DNA of 64,000 nt, from the NCBI RefSeq assembly GCF_009914755.1, contig NC_060927.1. One strand, given 5' to 3'. Position numbers and translations under genes: made by a program. The number at the start of each line of letters is the position of its first letter. Position 1 is the first letter of the stretch. The stretch is from the human T2T-CHM13v2.0 reference genome, Homo sapiens. Under the pieces are notes generated by a model. The model saw only the letters and a list, made by a program, of their open reading frames with translations, ran no database searches and was not told the DNA's origin. Positions 31,322 through 46,503 of this stretch are shown piece by piece.

Positions 31322-31440
31322 ACCCATCGCAATCTCCAGCATCCCACCCCAAACATAAGAAATATGCCTGACAAAAGAATTACTTTGATAAAGTCAAAGA
31401 GGTTTAAACCCTCTTATTTCTAGGACTATAGGAATTGAAC
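31322..31440 (+). pseudogene. NUMT: MT-ND1 3' end + mt-tRNA-Ile + 3' part of mt-tRNA-Gln (opposite strand)
   Basis: 31323-31357 reads PIAISSIPPQT-TA (human ND1 ends PITISSIPPQT with an incomplete TA stop); then AGAAATATG..TTATTTCTA and GGACTAT..GAAC in mtDNA gene order. Confidence 0.93.
31358..31422 (+). pseudogene. Nuclear copy of mitochondrial tRNA-Ile(GAT)
   Basis: Acceptor AGAAATA/TATTTCT, anticodon GAT at 31387-31389, T-stem AGAGG/CCTCT; ~4-nt deletion in the anticodon stem/variable region. Confidence 0.9.
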
Positions 31441-32353
31441 TAAGTGGTAGATAGTAAAAGAAAGGAAGCCACATGGAAGATTCTTCTAGGTGTCAATCCA
31501 TTTCCTGCTAAAACCAACAATAGCCTATCAGACCCCGACAGCCACAGGACAGAAGATAATTTCATTTACAGTAGGTGTTTTGCATACTGAATTTGTAGTA
31601 AGGAGAGTCGCACGTTCAAGAACTTGAGCAGAAAGTTCCACCTGGCTGATGGCTCCCACAATATTCTAGTGAAGAGAAATTCATGAGAAACACCAGCACT
31701 AACCAGGAGCCATACCTGTAAGTACTTTTTAAATCCTGTACAGATGGATATGGATATGGGTGTGTTGCTTAATAAACAACTTCACATTTTTCATTGTGTA
31801 GATTCACTCATTCTCAGTTCTTAAGTAAATGAGAACTTATTTAGGTGCACTTAACAAGCATCTACCTTGTTAAGTTTTCATGACAGGGTAGTCACCATAC
31901 AGGTGCCTAGAATGAGCTGATGGATGAATAGACTGCCTAGTAAGTTCAATTCATAAACCGACATCAGTATGGCCCCAAATGAGAACACATAAGAGGGCTT
32001 TCACTCAAGCTTCTTTCTTCTCTGAGTCTACATTTCTTATCTGCATACTTTTCTCATATCCTGACCTTGAGGAGCACAGAAACTTTTCTTAGGTCCTCTC
32101 CCTTACCTCCCTATGTTATAGGCTGTTCCTAATACCTCTTGCAGATGACATTTTTGGGTAACTCTCTGCCTACACGGACTGACAGTCTGCATATCCTATC
32201 TGCATCCTCTGTCTGTTCCCTTAGTTTAGCTGAAACCCAGGAGCTATGTCCAGTATTTCTTCTTTATCCCCTACAGATATAAGCAAAGGGCAAATGTTCA
32301 ATATGTATTTATTGCATTAAAGCTTACTGAATTCTAAGTTTATAAATGCATAA

Positions 32354-32854
32354 TTGTCATGCTGTTCCCCTACCGATTACAATAAGGATGGCACCATGTT
32401 CAAGAAGCCGAAGAAGGGACCTGGAGCCAGCAAACAAGACATAGAGTTTATTGGGGGGACTTACACACAGGGCAGTTCAATGCCAGTAGCCTGGACAGGA
32501 GGACTACAATTGCTTATAAAAAAGCACGCAGTTTATATAGCATTTTCACTTAGCACTTTCCCCCAGCAAACTCCACCTGGCAATCTTCATTTAACCCAAA
32601 ACAAATGGCCTCCGTGCCCTGTATGGTCTGTATTCCATGAGGTGGACCAGGGGTTCAGATATTCCTTACAGATAAGAAGTGAATCTCTGGGTTGGCCACT
32701 CCCAGATTCCTTAGCTCAGAACTCCAAATATACATTCTTCTTTGACCACAGGGTGACTCTCAGCTGCTTAAGTTATTGCTGTCAGGTACATCTATCATAC
32801 AGGGTCATTCTCAGGGTATACTTCAGTTATTGCTGTCAGATGTGTCTGCCATAC
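32354..32854 (-). mobile_element. LTR47-like ERVL solo LTR
   Basis: Internal repeat 'cagggtcattctcaggg..agttattgctgtcag' twice; 'ttggccactcccagattccttagctc'. Confidence 0.8.
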
Positions 32855-33262
32855 CTAAATATTTTCAGATATTAAAACGTAATAATTAAAACATGGATTA
32901 TTAACCTGTGATCTGTAAGTGGATTTCACTGGAATTCCCCTTAAGCTGTATGAAAATTTTCATGCTGGGTACAAATGTTCATTTTTCTGGAAGGGGGATA
33001 ATTAACTGTCATCAGCTTCTCAATAGGATCTACTACCAGAAATGAGAGGCCTACTACCAAAAAACACTGTAACATCTGCAGAAAGGCCAAGAGGTCTGAT
33101 CTTTCTGTAAGTAGATTATGTTTCTGCAGACTCAACAATCCTCTTTGTTATATAAGACTCCTGTCAGGAAAGACAAAAGGGCATCAGTGTAGACCACAAT
33201 TTCTTCAAAAGTAATATTTACAGGATTTGTTTATGTTGGAGAATCCACCCTAATGATTACAC

Positions 33263-33553
33263 TTTTTTTTTTTTAAACAGGGTCTCACTTTGTCATCCAG
33301 GCTGTAGTACACTGGCACCAACATGGCTCCCCAAGCCTCAGCCTCAAAGGCTCAAGTAATTCTCCCATCTCAGCCTCCCAAGTAGCTAGAACTACAGGCA
33401 CGTGCCACCACACCTGGCTAATTTTTGTGTTTCTTGTAGAGATGTGGTTTCGCCATGTTGCCCAGGCTGGTTCCGAACTCCTAAGCTCAAGTGATCTGCC
33501 CGCTTCAGCCTCCCAAAGTGCTGGGATTACAGGCATGAGCCATCAGGCCCAGC
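33263..33553 (-). mobile_element. AluJ
   Basis: Dimer; TSD g(a/g)ttacac. Confidence 0.93.
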
Positions 33554-34164
33554 CGGTTACACCTTGATGGTCATGGGCCTAGCAAGATGCAACTACAGGA
33601 AAGAAGTGGAGTCTGTCTAAGAAAAGCATCTGGCAAAATTAGCTCCTGTCCAAAAAGCCAGAGTAAAGAGTCTCTTTTGCAGAAATATTTGAGAGTTTCA
33701 TCAATTTTCCCAAGAGCCTCTCTTTATCCTTTACTATTCAAATCATTCTCTTTCAAGGGGCCTCTCATGCCACCATCAGAGCTGATTTTCTGTTCTTGTT
33801 AACTGGTCTAACTCTGCCAGATCCTCATTTCTCAATGATAAGACTCCCAGCATTGCTTACATGACATCCTGCATTTTGTGTAAGATTTGCAGTTTCATAT
33901 TTCAATTTGCCTTGCGTTTGCATTGAAACATCAGATGTTGATACGCTGGGTGGGCTAGACACAAGGATTAAGCAGGAAGGGATGTCTAAGAGCAGATATT
34001 TTATAAGTAGTCAGTTAATGAGTTAATACTTTTATGCTGCTATATTCTAACAAATTTGTAACTGCTGTGACTTAGGTCATAAATATTCAGTTAATGAGGA
34101 CCCCTCCTGTACATCAAAACATTAACAGCAGTGATCTCTGAGTAGTAGGATTATGGGTAACAAA

Positions 34165-34400
34165 AATAATAAGTGATATTAATTGTTTGCTATGAATGTT
34201 AAGCACTTTACAAGCATGACCTCATTCAATGGTCACAGAAACCCCCTGAGAGAGCTACGATTATTTTCCCTCTTTTTCTAATGAGGAACCTCAGGTTTAG
34301 AGAGGTTAAAAATACTTACCCAAGATCACATTGTTATGTGGCAGGGCAGGGATTTAACACAGCTTGTTTGACTTCAGAGCTCAGACCCTTAACCTCCCCA
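34165..34400 (-). mobile_element. MIR
   Basis: 'atgaggaacctcaggtttagagaggttaa..cttacccaagatcaca'. Confidence 0.75.
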
Positions 34401-35925
34401 CTTATTTGTATTTTCTTCTTTAATACAAAGAAAATTTATTACTAGTGCCATAAGGGGAAAAGTGGCTATTTCTTAAAACCACTGAGCACAACTACCATTT
34501 TGTATAGATTTTCAAAGTTATATTTCCCAATCTGTTCATGGTCCATTTGGTAAGTCCCACCTCCAAAGTTTATTTCTCTGGGCCTTTATTAGAACTGGTA
34601 CTTAAATTTCTTTCTACAAAATGAATATTTTAGTCAAAGATTTTTAGCTACTAGCTTATCTCTGGCTGGAAGCCTGTGGCTTTTGTTGTTTTCAAATTTC
34701 CTCTTTTGGCAGGAATACCAACTCATCTCTTTCTCCTAAGCTCCTCAAAGCAGAGAGGTTACTTAGAAAGCTGAACTAGAGAGGAAGGGCCAGAAATTGT
34801 ATTTTATCCTGCAGGGGACAGGAAAGGTTTGTATTTTTTCATTTGCAAATATTTGTTCATATTCTTTCATCATTCGTTCAGTAGATACTAAATATTATCT
34901 GTGTATATTTTTATTCATTTTACATGTTATTAATAGTCATGCTTTAACCATGTATATGAGGCTGCTAAAAAATATACGTAAGGAGCCTTGAGTAGCAAAC
35001 AGGAGACTATAGGAACAGAAAAATTATGGGAGTGAGTGGAGGTGGGAAATCTTCAGACAGACTTTAGGAATGATAAGGAGATAATAGAAATAACATGGCC
35101 CTGAGGGGCAGACTGGTGAGGCCTTTACTCCCAGAAGCCCCTCAATATTTCCCTTTCCCACAACAGTGTTGGCAGCAGCTCTGTGTCAAGGGTGGTTGTG
35201 ACCAGTACAAAGGGAGCTTGTCCAAGCCATGGCACCATCAACAATGGAACATCTTGACACATTAGACACTTGGTAGGCTGGATACCATTTGTCAAGAAGA
35301 GCAGCCAAATAGCAGACTCCCCAAGGCCTCACATGACCCCTTGTGATAGCAACATCAGGGCTTATTGGATACTTGTTAGATTTTTGCATTTTTTTCTCCA
35401 ACCACCCAGCATATCAAAGAATGACATCCTGGACTAAATAAACTCATGGATGAAGATACTTCAAAAGATAAAGTAAAGAAATTCTTGATAGTGTGATATG
35501 AACTTAAAAGTACCCCAGGCTGGCAAAGTAGTACTGAGATATACTTACAGAGTGGGTCTGCTCTTTTCCATTGTTTTCCATTCTATCTTAGTTTAATTGA
35601 TTTTTATGGAGCAGAAATTTGAGGGCTTTTGAATACAATTAAACCCATCAGCCTTGTTTATAATATTTTTCTATTGCTCTAACAATAAGTCACAGTCCTA
35701 AAGCATGCCCTGCGCTAAATATTAGGCAACAGACTAGAGGGTCTCATTCAATTCAACAAAGGCTCTAGCCCAGTTGCCCTTCACAATGTGTGTAACAATT
35801 CTTTTTCATGTCTTACAACTTTGTATCCTTTTTGTAACCTCACATCCTCTTTGTTTACAGTATATGGAATGACGCATGGATCTAAGTTTATTTATCGCCA
35901 TACCAGTAATTAGTATACCTAAGAA

Positions 35926-36120
35926 AAGGGGTCTACAAACTATGGCTTGTGGATTTGGCCCACTGCCTATATTTATAAATAAAGTTTTATTGGAACACAG
36001 TTCACTCACTTGTTTCCATACTGTCTGTGGCTGGTTTCGCACTACAAAAGCAAAGCTGAGTAGGTGCAAAGTCAAAAATACTTACTATCTGGCCCTTTAC
36101 ATAAAGTTTGTCTACTCTTA
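35926..36120 (+). mobile_element. MER58A (hAT MITE)
   Basis: 'caaactatggc..aaataaagttttattggaacacag..tactatctggccctttaca..aaagtttg'; TSD cctaa. Confidence 0.85.
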
Positions 36121-36247
36121 CCTAAAACCATTGATCACATAATTATTCCTTTATTATTTTATCTCATTTGTTGTTGCTACTGACTACATCAAGAGCCCTC
36201 CTTTTCAAGTCACATTAGTAAAAGTACCAGGAAATGTAAATAAAAAT

Positions 36248-36295
<48 letters not shown>

Positions 36296-36364
36296 TGTGT
36301 GTGTGTGCATGCACGTGCTTCGGTGTATGTGTGCATGTATACATACATATATAGTGTATGTGTG
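36248..36364. repeat. (TA)n(TG)n microsatellite
   Basis: Directly visible. Confidence 0.95.
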
Positions 36365-36459
36365 TTTTAAAGTCAGCCAAACTTTTTCTTTACTGGCTTT
36401 TACTAGTATATTTTAGGTAAATTATATTACTTAAAATGTTAAAGCTTGTTCAAGTTGTA

Positions 36460-36870
36460 ACTTAATAGTTGTGGTGATTTAATATCACTATGATGCACAA
36501 AAAGCAACTACGATACTCATCGCCATACAATAACAAGCATTTGTTTAGCTTATGCATCCACTGAGGATTGATCTAAGAGGAGCCAACTGGGACAGCTCTG
36601 GTCCATCAACCTCCTTCTGGGACCAGCAGGCTAGCCCAAGTGGGTTTTTTTCACTGTGATGGCAGAAACCCGCAAACTTTCCTAAGGCCTAGGCTCAGAA
36701 CTGGTATAACATTTCTTTCGTCCTGTTAGCTAAAACAAGTCAAAGTCAGCCTAGATTCAAGAGGCAGGAAACTATACCACAAAGCGTCATAGCAAAAGGC
36801 AAGGCTGCAGGGAGGGATGAAGAGGAGTTGAGGTAAATGATGCAATCTACCACACAAGTGTATATACACA
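36460..36870 (-). mobile_element. MLT1H-like LTR, degenerate
   Basis: 'ggaccagcaggctagccca..aggcctaggctcagaactgg..aagtcaaagtcagcctagattcaag'. Confidence 0.65.
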
Positions 36871-37074
36871 AACACATGCACAGAGTTATGTGTGGCTTAA
36901 CAATGGAGAAATGTTCTAAGAAATGCATTGTTAGTCAATTTCATCATTATGTGAACATCATAATGTACTTACACAAACCTAGATGATACAGCCCACTACA
37001 CAGCTAGGCTGTATGGAATAGCCTACTGCTCCTAGGCTACAGACCTGTACGACATGTTACCATACTGAATACTA

Positions 37075-37468
<394 letters not shown>

Positions 37469-37657
37469 TAGATAAAAGATGGTACACATGTATCGGGCAC
37501 TCACCGTAAATGGAGTTGGCAGGAGTAGAAGTTGCTCTGCCTGAGTCAGTGAGGGGTGAAGAAATGGGAAGCCCTAGGACATCACTGCACACTACTGTAG
37601 ACTTTATAAACACTCTACACTTAGGCTACACTAAATTTAATTTTAAAAATAGTTTTC

Positions 37658-37940
37658 GGCTGGGCACGGTAGCTCCCACCTGTAATCCCAGCACTTTGGG
37701 AGGCTGAGGCAGGCAGATCACCTGAGGTCGGGAGTTTGAGACCAGCCTGACCAACATGGAGAAACCCTACCTCTACTGAAAATACAAAATTAGCCAGGTG
37801 AGGTGGTACATGCCTGTAATCCCAGCTACTCGGGAGGCTGAGAGGCAGGAGAATCGCTTGAACCCAGGAGGCAGAGGTTGCGGAGAGCCGAGATCACACC
37901 ATTGCATGCCAGCCTGGGCAACAAGAGCGAGACTCTGTCT

Positions 37941-37975
<35 letters not shown>
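37658..37975 (+). mobile_element. AluSp
   Basis: Sp diagnostics 'gtcgggagtt', 'ctgaccaacatggagaaac'; A34 tail. Confidence 0.93.
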
Positions 37976-37979
<4 letters not shown>

Positions 37980-38319
37980 TCTTTCTTTAGAAATAAATTA
38001 ACAATAGCATACTGTAACTTTATAAATTTTTTATTCTTTAAACTTTTTGACTCTTTTATAATGACATTTAGCTTAAAACACACACATTGTATAGCTGCAC
38101 AAAATTTTTTTTTCTTTATATCCTTATTCTATAAGCTTTTTTATTTAAAAACTTTAAAATTGTCTTTTTTACTTTTTAAATGCTTTTGTTAAAAACAAAG
38201 ACACAAATACACACATTAAATAAGGCCTATGTAGGGTCAGAATCATCAATATCACTGTCTTCCACCTCCACATTTTGTCCCATTGGAAGGTCTTCAGGGT
38301 CAATAGCACCCATGGAGCT

Positions 38320-38627
38320 AAAATAAAATAAATAAAAACAAGGAGGTTGAATCAGGGTATCTGAATTACCCAATATCAAACAGTTTGGAAGGTGCAGAAG
38401 CAGAACTTGAATCCAAGTCTGCTATTTCCAAAGGCTTTTCTCTAGGCCACATTTGGATTATTAAGTTTATCTAATATCGTAGAAATACCTGGCTGCCTGC
38501 TAAAATTCAATTCCTGTTATACACAGAATACAATTTTTGTCACCCAAGGGCCCTGGATTCAAAATTTCTTTGAACTTTGAATAGAAGTTCAAAAGAATTA
38601 TTTCCACCAACAAAATGTGAGCAGAAT
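38320..38627 (+). repeat. Diverged direct copy of 39928-40213
   Basis: Collinear alignment from 'aaataaaaacaaggaggtt' to 'aaaatgtgagcagaat'. Confidence 0.93.
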
Positions 38628-38738
38628 GCCTTCTTCTGGAATGCTTCCTGAAGGAACTGCCTGAAGCTGTTTTACAGGCTTTTATAAGTAGAAGGAGTAT
38701 ACTCTAAAACAACAAAAGTATAAGATATTATAAATACA

Positions 38739-39031
38739 GGCCAGGCGCAGTGGCTCACGCCTGTAATCCCAGCATTTTGGGAGGCCGAGGCGGGTGGATC
38801 ACGAGGTCAGGAGATCGAGACCATCCTGGCTAACACGGTGAAACCCCGTCTCTACTAAAAATACAAAAAATTAGCCAGGCATGGTGAATGGCGCCTGTAG
38901 TCCCAGCTACTCAGGAGGCTGAGGCAGAACGGCGTGAACCTGGGAGGCAGAGCTTGCAATGAGCCGAGATTGCGCCACTGCACTCCAGCCTGGGCCACAG
39001 AGCAAGACTCTACCTCAAAAAAAAAAAAAAA
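38739..39031 (+). mobile_element. AluY
   Basis: Y diagnostics; 17-bp TSD aagatattataaataca. Confidence 0.95.
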
Positions 39032-39139
39032 GATATTATAAATACAGTAACATAGTTGTTTAGTATCATTATCAAGTGTCATGCACTATACATAATTGTA
39101 TGTGCTACACTTTTATATGACTGGCAGTGCAGTCGGTTT

Positions 39140-39329
<190 letters not shown>

Positions 39330-39598
39330 TAATGCATTATGCTGTGATGTTAGGACAGCTGTGATGTCACTAGGTGACAGGAATTTTTCAGCTCTATTAT
39401 ATCTTTTGGGACCACTATGTGCTTCATTGTTGACTGAAACATCATTATGCCACACATGACTGTATGCGTGTCTGTGTGTGTGTGTGTGTGTGTGTATTTG
39501 AACTTTAAAGCACATTTGCATTTTTACATGCATTCCAACCTCACAAAAGTCCTAGGAATCAGATATCACCACTGTTGTCTTTTAAAAATGAGGAAGTT

Positions 39599-39951
39599 GG
39601 ACAGGCACAGTAGCTCACATCTGAATCCCAGTGCTTTGAGAGGTTGAGGCAGGAGGATCACTTGAGGCCCGGAGTTCAAGACCAGCCTGAGCAACATAGC
39701 AAGACCCTGCCTCTGCCAAGAAACTTTTTTTAAATTAGCTGGGTGTTGTGCCACATGCCCATAGTCCTAGCTACTCAGGAGAGCTAGGCGGGAGGATTGC
39801 TTGAGCCCAGGAGTTCAAGGCCACAGTGAGCTATGATCATGCCACTGCACTCCAGCCTGGGTAATAGGGCGAGACCAAGACCCTGTCGCTAAAAAAAAAT
39901 AATAAAATAAAATGAATAGAAATAAATCTAAAAAATAAAAATAAATAAAAA
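39599..39951 (+). mobile_element. AluJ inserted in an antisense MIR
   Basis: J diagnostics; TSD-like aaaa(t/c)(g/a)agga(a/g)gtt; MIR on both sides. Confidence 0.92.
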
Positions 39952-40344
39952 CAAGGAGGTTAAGTCAGGATATCTGAATTACCCAAGGTCAAACAGTTTG
40001 GAACGTGCAGAAGCAGAACTTGAATCTAAATCTGTCTATTTCCAACGGCTTTTCTCTAGGCCATATTTGGATTATTAAATTGATCTAATGTGGTAGAAAT
40101 GCCTATAAATGAAATTCAATCTCTATTGTAAACAGAATAGAATTTTTGCCACCCAGGGCCCCTTGAATAGAAGTTCAAAAGAATTACTTCCACCAATAAA
40201 ATGTGAGCAGAATTGTATGCCATGTCCAGGCCACAGCTTTCTGGTGAAAGGCCTGACCCCTCCATTCTCTCTTTCCCCCTTGGCCAGGTTCAGCAAGAAG
40301 ACAAGGCTGTCCAATGGACTCTCTGAGATAGTGAACATATTTTA

Positions 40345-40802
<458 letters not shown>

Positions 40803-41146
40803 TGAATAGATGGTGGGGCTGCGCAATGGAAGCCTAAGTCCCTGAATCATTAGAGGAGAGCAAACACTGTCCTATTATATATCCTTTATAAGTTTTTGGT
40901 GGATGGAGAGAGTCTATTTGGTTTTACAATTAACCTACTTTAATACCGCAAGTAAAGTAATCCTAATTAATTTAAATTTCACAAGGATTTCACCAAAAAG
41001 AGTATTTGGGGATGAGATTGAAAACGGTTGAGAAGGAATTGGAGCATGTAAATGTTCCCCGAATTGGTAGAACTGTTTGGCACAGGCCAAATACTGGCCA
41101 ACACTTTCAGAAGCAAAAGAACGCATACCAAACAAACAGAAATTTT

Positions 41147-41450
41147 TGGCCGGCTGCGGTGGCTCACGCCTGCAATTCCAACAGTTTGGAAGGCCGAGGA
41201 GGGCAGATCACCTGAGGTCAGAAGTTCAAGACCAGCCTGACCAACATGGTGAAACCCCATATCTACTAAAAATACCAAAATTAGCTGGCATGGTGGCGCA
41301 TGCCTGTAATCCCAGCTACTTTCGAGGCTGAGGCAGGAGAATTGCTTGAACCTAGGAGGCGGAAGTTGCAGTGAGATTGCGCCATTGCATTCCAGCCTGG
41401 GCAACAAGAGCAAAACTCCGTCTCAAAAAAAAAAAAAAGAAAGAAAGAAA
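41147..41450 (+). mobile_element. AluSq-like
   Basis: Dimer. Confidence 0.95.
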
Positions 41451-42279
41451 CCTTTAATATTTAATATAGTTATAGTTTGATATTTCTATCATTTCCTTCT
41501 AACTATATTATAAATTAAACTCCCTTTTACTACAGAAATAATTTGCCTTTCTCACTGATACGTAAATTATCACTTTGAGGCAACCTGACATATAGTATAC
41601 AACATAAAGGACCTTTTTATAAAACCCACCAGTTCCCTAGAGCAGTTGTACCTTTTATTGGTACGTATTGTAACAACCCAATACTTCTAATGAGTTGTGA
41701 AACCTGGCTGCCCTGCGCACTTTCAAAATAAATAGCAACGCTGGAGTAGCTCCCTGAACATCACCGCCATTCATCACTTGCAAGATAGTCACCACGGCCG
41801 GTGCCCTGCTTTACGGATGGGTTTCTGCCAGCGTCCTAGAATACATGCTTTTATTCTTCCAGTAGGGTGATGAAAGAAAACTTTGAGCATATACTCTTAA
41901 TTGGCCATAAACATTGTAATTGTGAAGGCTGGGGAAATCTTGGCTCACTGCTCTCTCGCATACTGTCGCATGTAGGGATCAGTTGACAATGAAAAGAATA
42001 TTTACACATTAAACCATCAGAAAACTGATTACTTTTTACCTCGTGTTTATTTTACAAATAGCTCTAAGTACCACCAGGAAAGGTCACCGTGATGGATATT
42101 AATGGCAGTGAGTCCTCATTGGTAAAGGGGCTGCTGATTTAATTACAGTCAAGGCCGTGACACAGGATGATCCAGAAATCTTTAATATGGTTATAGTTTG
42201 ATATTTCTATCATTATCTACTCTCAGGTTTCTCTAGCACTTTTCTAGAAAGAACTTTTCACTCTCATCTGTGGAGACTG

Positions 42280-42475
42280 TGATTAGGAATCAGACAGAGT
42301 CGGTTTACACTGGGGGTCCTTTTATTACTAGCTGAGTGACCATGAGCAGGTTACCTCTCTGAACCTCAGTCTCTTCTTCCTTGTGAGGATTAAAGGGAAT
42401 AGTGCAGACACAATGTGTAGTATGTACTAACTGCACATTGTGAGGATTCAATGCATGTAGCTGTTATCTATTTTC
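42280..42475 (+). mobile_element. MIR
   Basis: 'ttactagctgagtgaccatgagcaggttacctctctgaacctcagt..ttgtgaggattaaa'. Confidence 0.75.
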
Positions 42476-43589
42476 AGAGAGTTCTCCATCCTGCCCCTAT
42501 CAAATGCCACGCCCTATAAGTACAGCCCTAAGTGTCATGTGGCAAACTTGGCCCCATTTCATTTCTAAAGCCTCAATCTTATTCAACTGAAAACAGCCTC
42601 CAACATAACTGAGAAACATGGACACATTTTTAAGAAGCAGATAAAAAAGCCACGCCAACAATTAATGTACACAGGTCACTCTAGCTATAAAATGGAGAGA
42701 TGGGAGATTAGAAGATACACCAAACAGGGTAGTCAGACATCATTTTCTTTGGTACCTTGCATAGATCTTTCACTGCTTTCCTTACATGGGCTAATGCTTT
42801 AAATAATAAACTACATGTCCTCTTATCTTATAAAATAAAATTATTGTAACCATAGAATAGTAATTAATGCTGAGCCCTCCACCTTTATCCTATTTGTTAC
42901 CTTGCATTTACGTGATTTGCATGCTTGTCTCATGCTTGTTACCTAGACGTTGGACATGGCTGAGACCCAAGTGACCTGGAGCTTCTTCCAGGTGGTCCAA
43001 ATTCAGATTGGGACTTTCAAATAGTGAATACCATGTCCTTATCAAGGATCTGCCAAGATACTGGTGATCATAGAGGACAAATAACCTACGGATGTGCCCT
43101 TGTGCAGCCTCAACTCTCAACTTTCCTGCAAATCACACTCTCTCTCCTTGCTTATTTTTGGCTATTGTTTATGGTTACAAGAAAGTTATTTAAAGTAAGG
43201 GGATTATATAAGATGTTACCATAAAGATAGGGGCCTACTGTATAAAGCATTTTATAAAACATTTGTCCTATGAGCTATGTCTCAACAGCCCATTATGTTT
43301 GTCCCATGTATACTGATGCCAGCCAAGTCTTCTAAGCTCCTTCAATTGATCACTGTGTTAAGCTAGGGATTCTGAAAAGAACATTGTTTCTGAGGGAGTG
43401 GTACAGAAAAATGTAAAAGCATGTGTGGCAAACACAGTAAGCAGCCAACAAGTATTGGTGCTCCTTTTCTATAGTGTATTGTTTGTTTCTTTTTAAATTT
43501 TTTACCTTTATCTTCTGTTGGACTTGACCATAGTGTAGAGCTGTTAATGGAGCAGCCGTCCAACCAGGGAATACCTTTTGCCCAACCCC

Positions 43590-43915
43590 TCACATCTAGG
43601 TGGGGCCATGTGACATGTTCCTACTAAGGAAATGTGAGTAGAAAGGATATGTGTCACTTCCTGGCTGAGATGGTGAAAAAGATGGCATTGCTTTCTCCAC
43701 ACTCTCCTCTCTGGATGTCAATGCCCAGGGTAATACTGGAAACCACATATTGAACATGGTAGAGCTACGAAATGGAAGAAAAGAATTCTGAAGTCCTGAA
43801 TCAATTCTCACAGGCGAGGAGACTGCCTTACTGGAAACACATTGAACTGGTTAGGGAATGAGAAAGAAACTGTATGTACTGCAGAAGCTGATGTTACCTC
43901 AATTAATAACATGTG
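43590..43915 (+). mobile_element. MLT1I/J-like LTR fragment
   Basis: 'ctaggtggggccatgtgac..aggaaatgtgagtagaa..gtgtcacttcc'. Confidence 0.6.
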
Positions 43916-43938
43916 TATTAACAATGAAAATGCACTCA

Positions 43939-44254
<316 letters not shown>

Positions 44255-44334
44255 TTATAACTGGCATCTGGCCATTGTAGTATACATAGCTAGAAGAAAC
44301 AATAACTTTACTAAATTAAAATGTAGCTAGACCA

Positions 44335-44689
<355 letters not shown>

Positions 44690-45048
44690 CTAGTAAAGTC
44701 AAAACTTTGTATATGCTGTGTGACCCAACTGAGTATAATCCTATCAGAAATGTGTTCATATGTTCATCAAAAACATAAACTGGAATGTGATATATACACA
44801 CAATGGAATATTATTCTGCCTTAAAAAGGAAGAAAATTCTGACATATGTTACATGGATGAAACTTGAGCACATTATGCTCAATGAAACAAAGCAATCACA
44901 CACACAAAAATAAGTATTGTATGGTTGCATTTACATAAGGTAACTAGAGTAGTCAGATTCATGGAGATAGTAGAATGGTGATTGCCCAGGGCCAGAAGGC
45001 AAGAGGAATTGGCAGTTGTTGTTTGATGGGTATAACCTATTTATGTAT

Positions 45049-45612
<564 letters not shown>

Positions 45613-46009
45613 TACCACAATTAAAAATCAACAAAACACGTACTGGAATGTGCAGAGTAGCACAATTCAAAACAGCCACAAATTGGAAACTAATCAAATA
45701 GTTTCTTTAATAGTAAAATAGATAAATAAATTGTGGGCTACTCACCCAGTGGAATATTACACAACAGTAAGAAATGAATGATCTATGACATGCCACAATA
45801 TGAATAAATCTTACAAAAACAATGTTAAGCAGAAGAAAGTAGACAAAAAAATACCATCTGATTCCATTATTATAAAGTACAAAAACAGGCAAGACTCTTC
45901 AATTTTGTTAGAAGTCAGGATAGTGGGTAACTTTGAGGTTTGGCTAATGAGTGAAAGAAAGCAGGGGTGGGACTGAAGGGCATCTCTGTATTGTTTCACT
46001 TAAAATTTA

Positions 46010-46503
<494 letters not shown>

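Noticed and set aside
31358-31422. Functional nuclear tRNA gene
   Set aside because: Mitochondrial-type sequence with a deletion and an anticodon-stem mismatch, embedded in a NUMT; no clear Pol III A/B boxes
32748-32854. Direct repeat cagggt..agttattgctgtcag
   Set aside because: Appears to be the intrinsic internal repeat of the LTR47-type consensus
32354-32875. 173-aa ORF, the longest in the window
   Set aside because: Lies antisense across a solo LTR, starts at TTG and resembles no known protein
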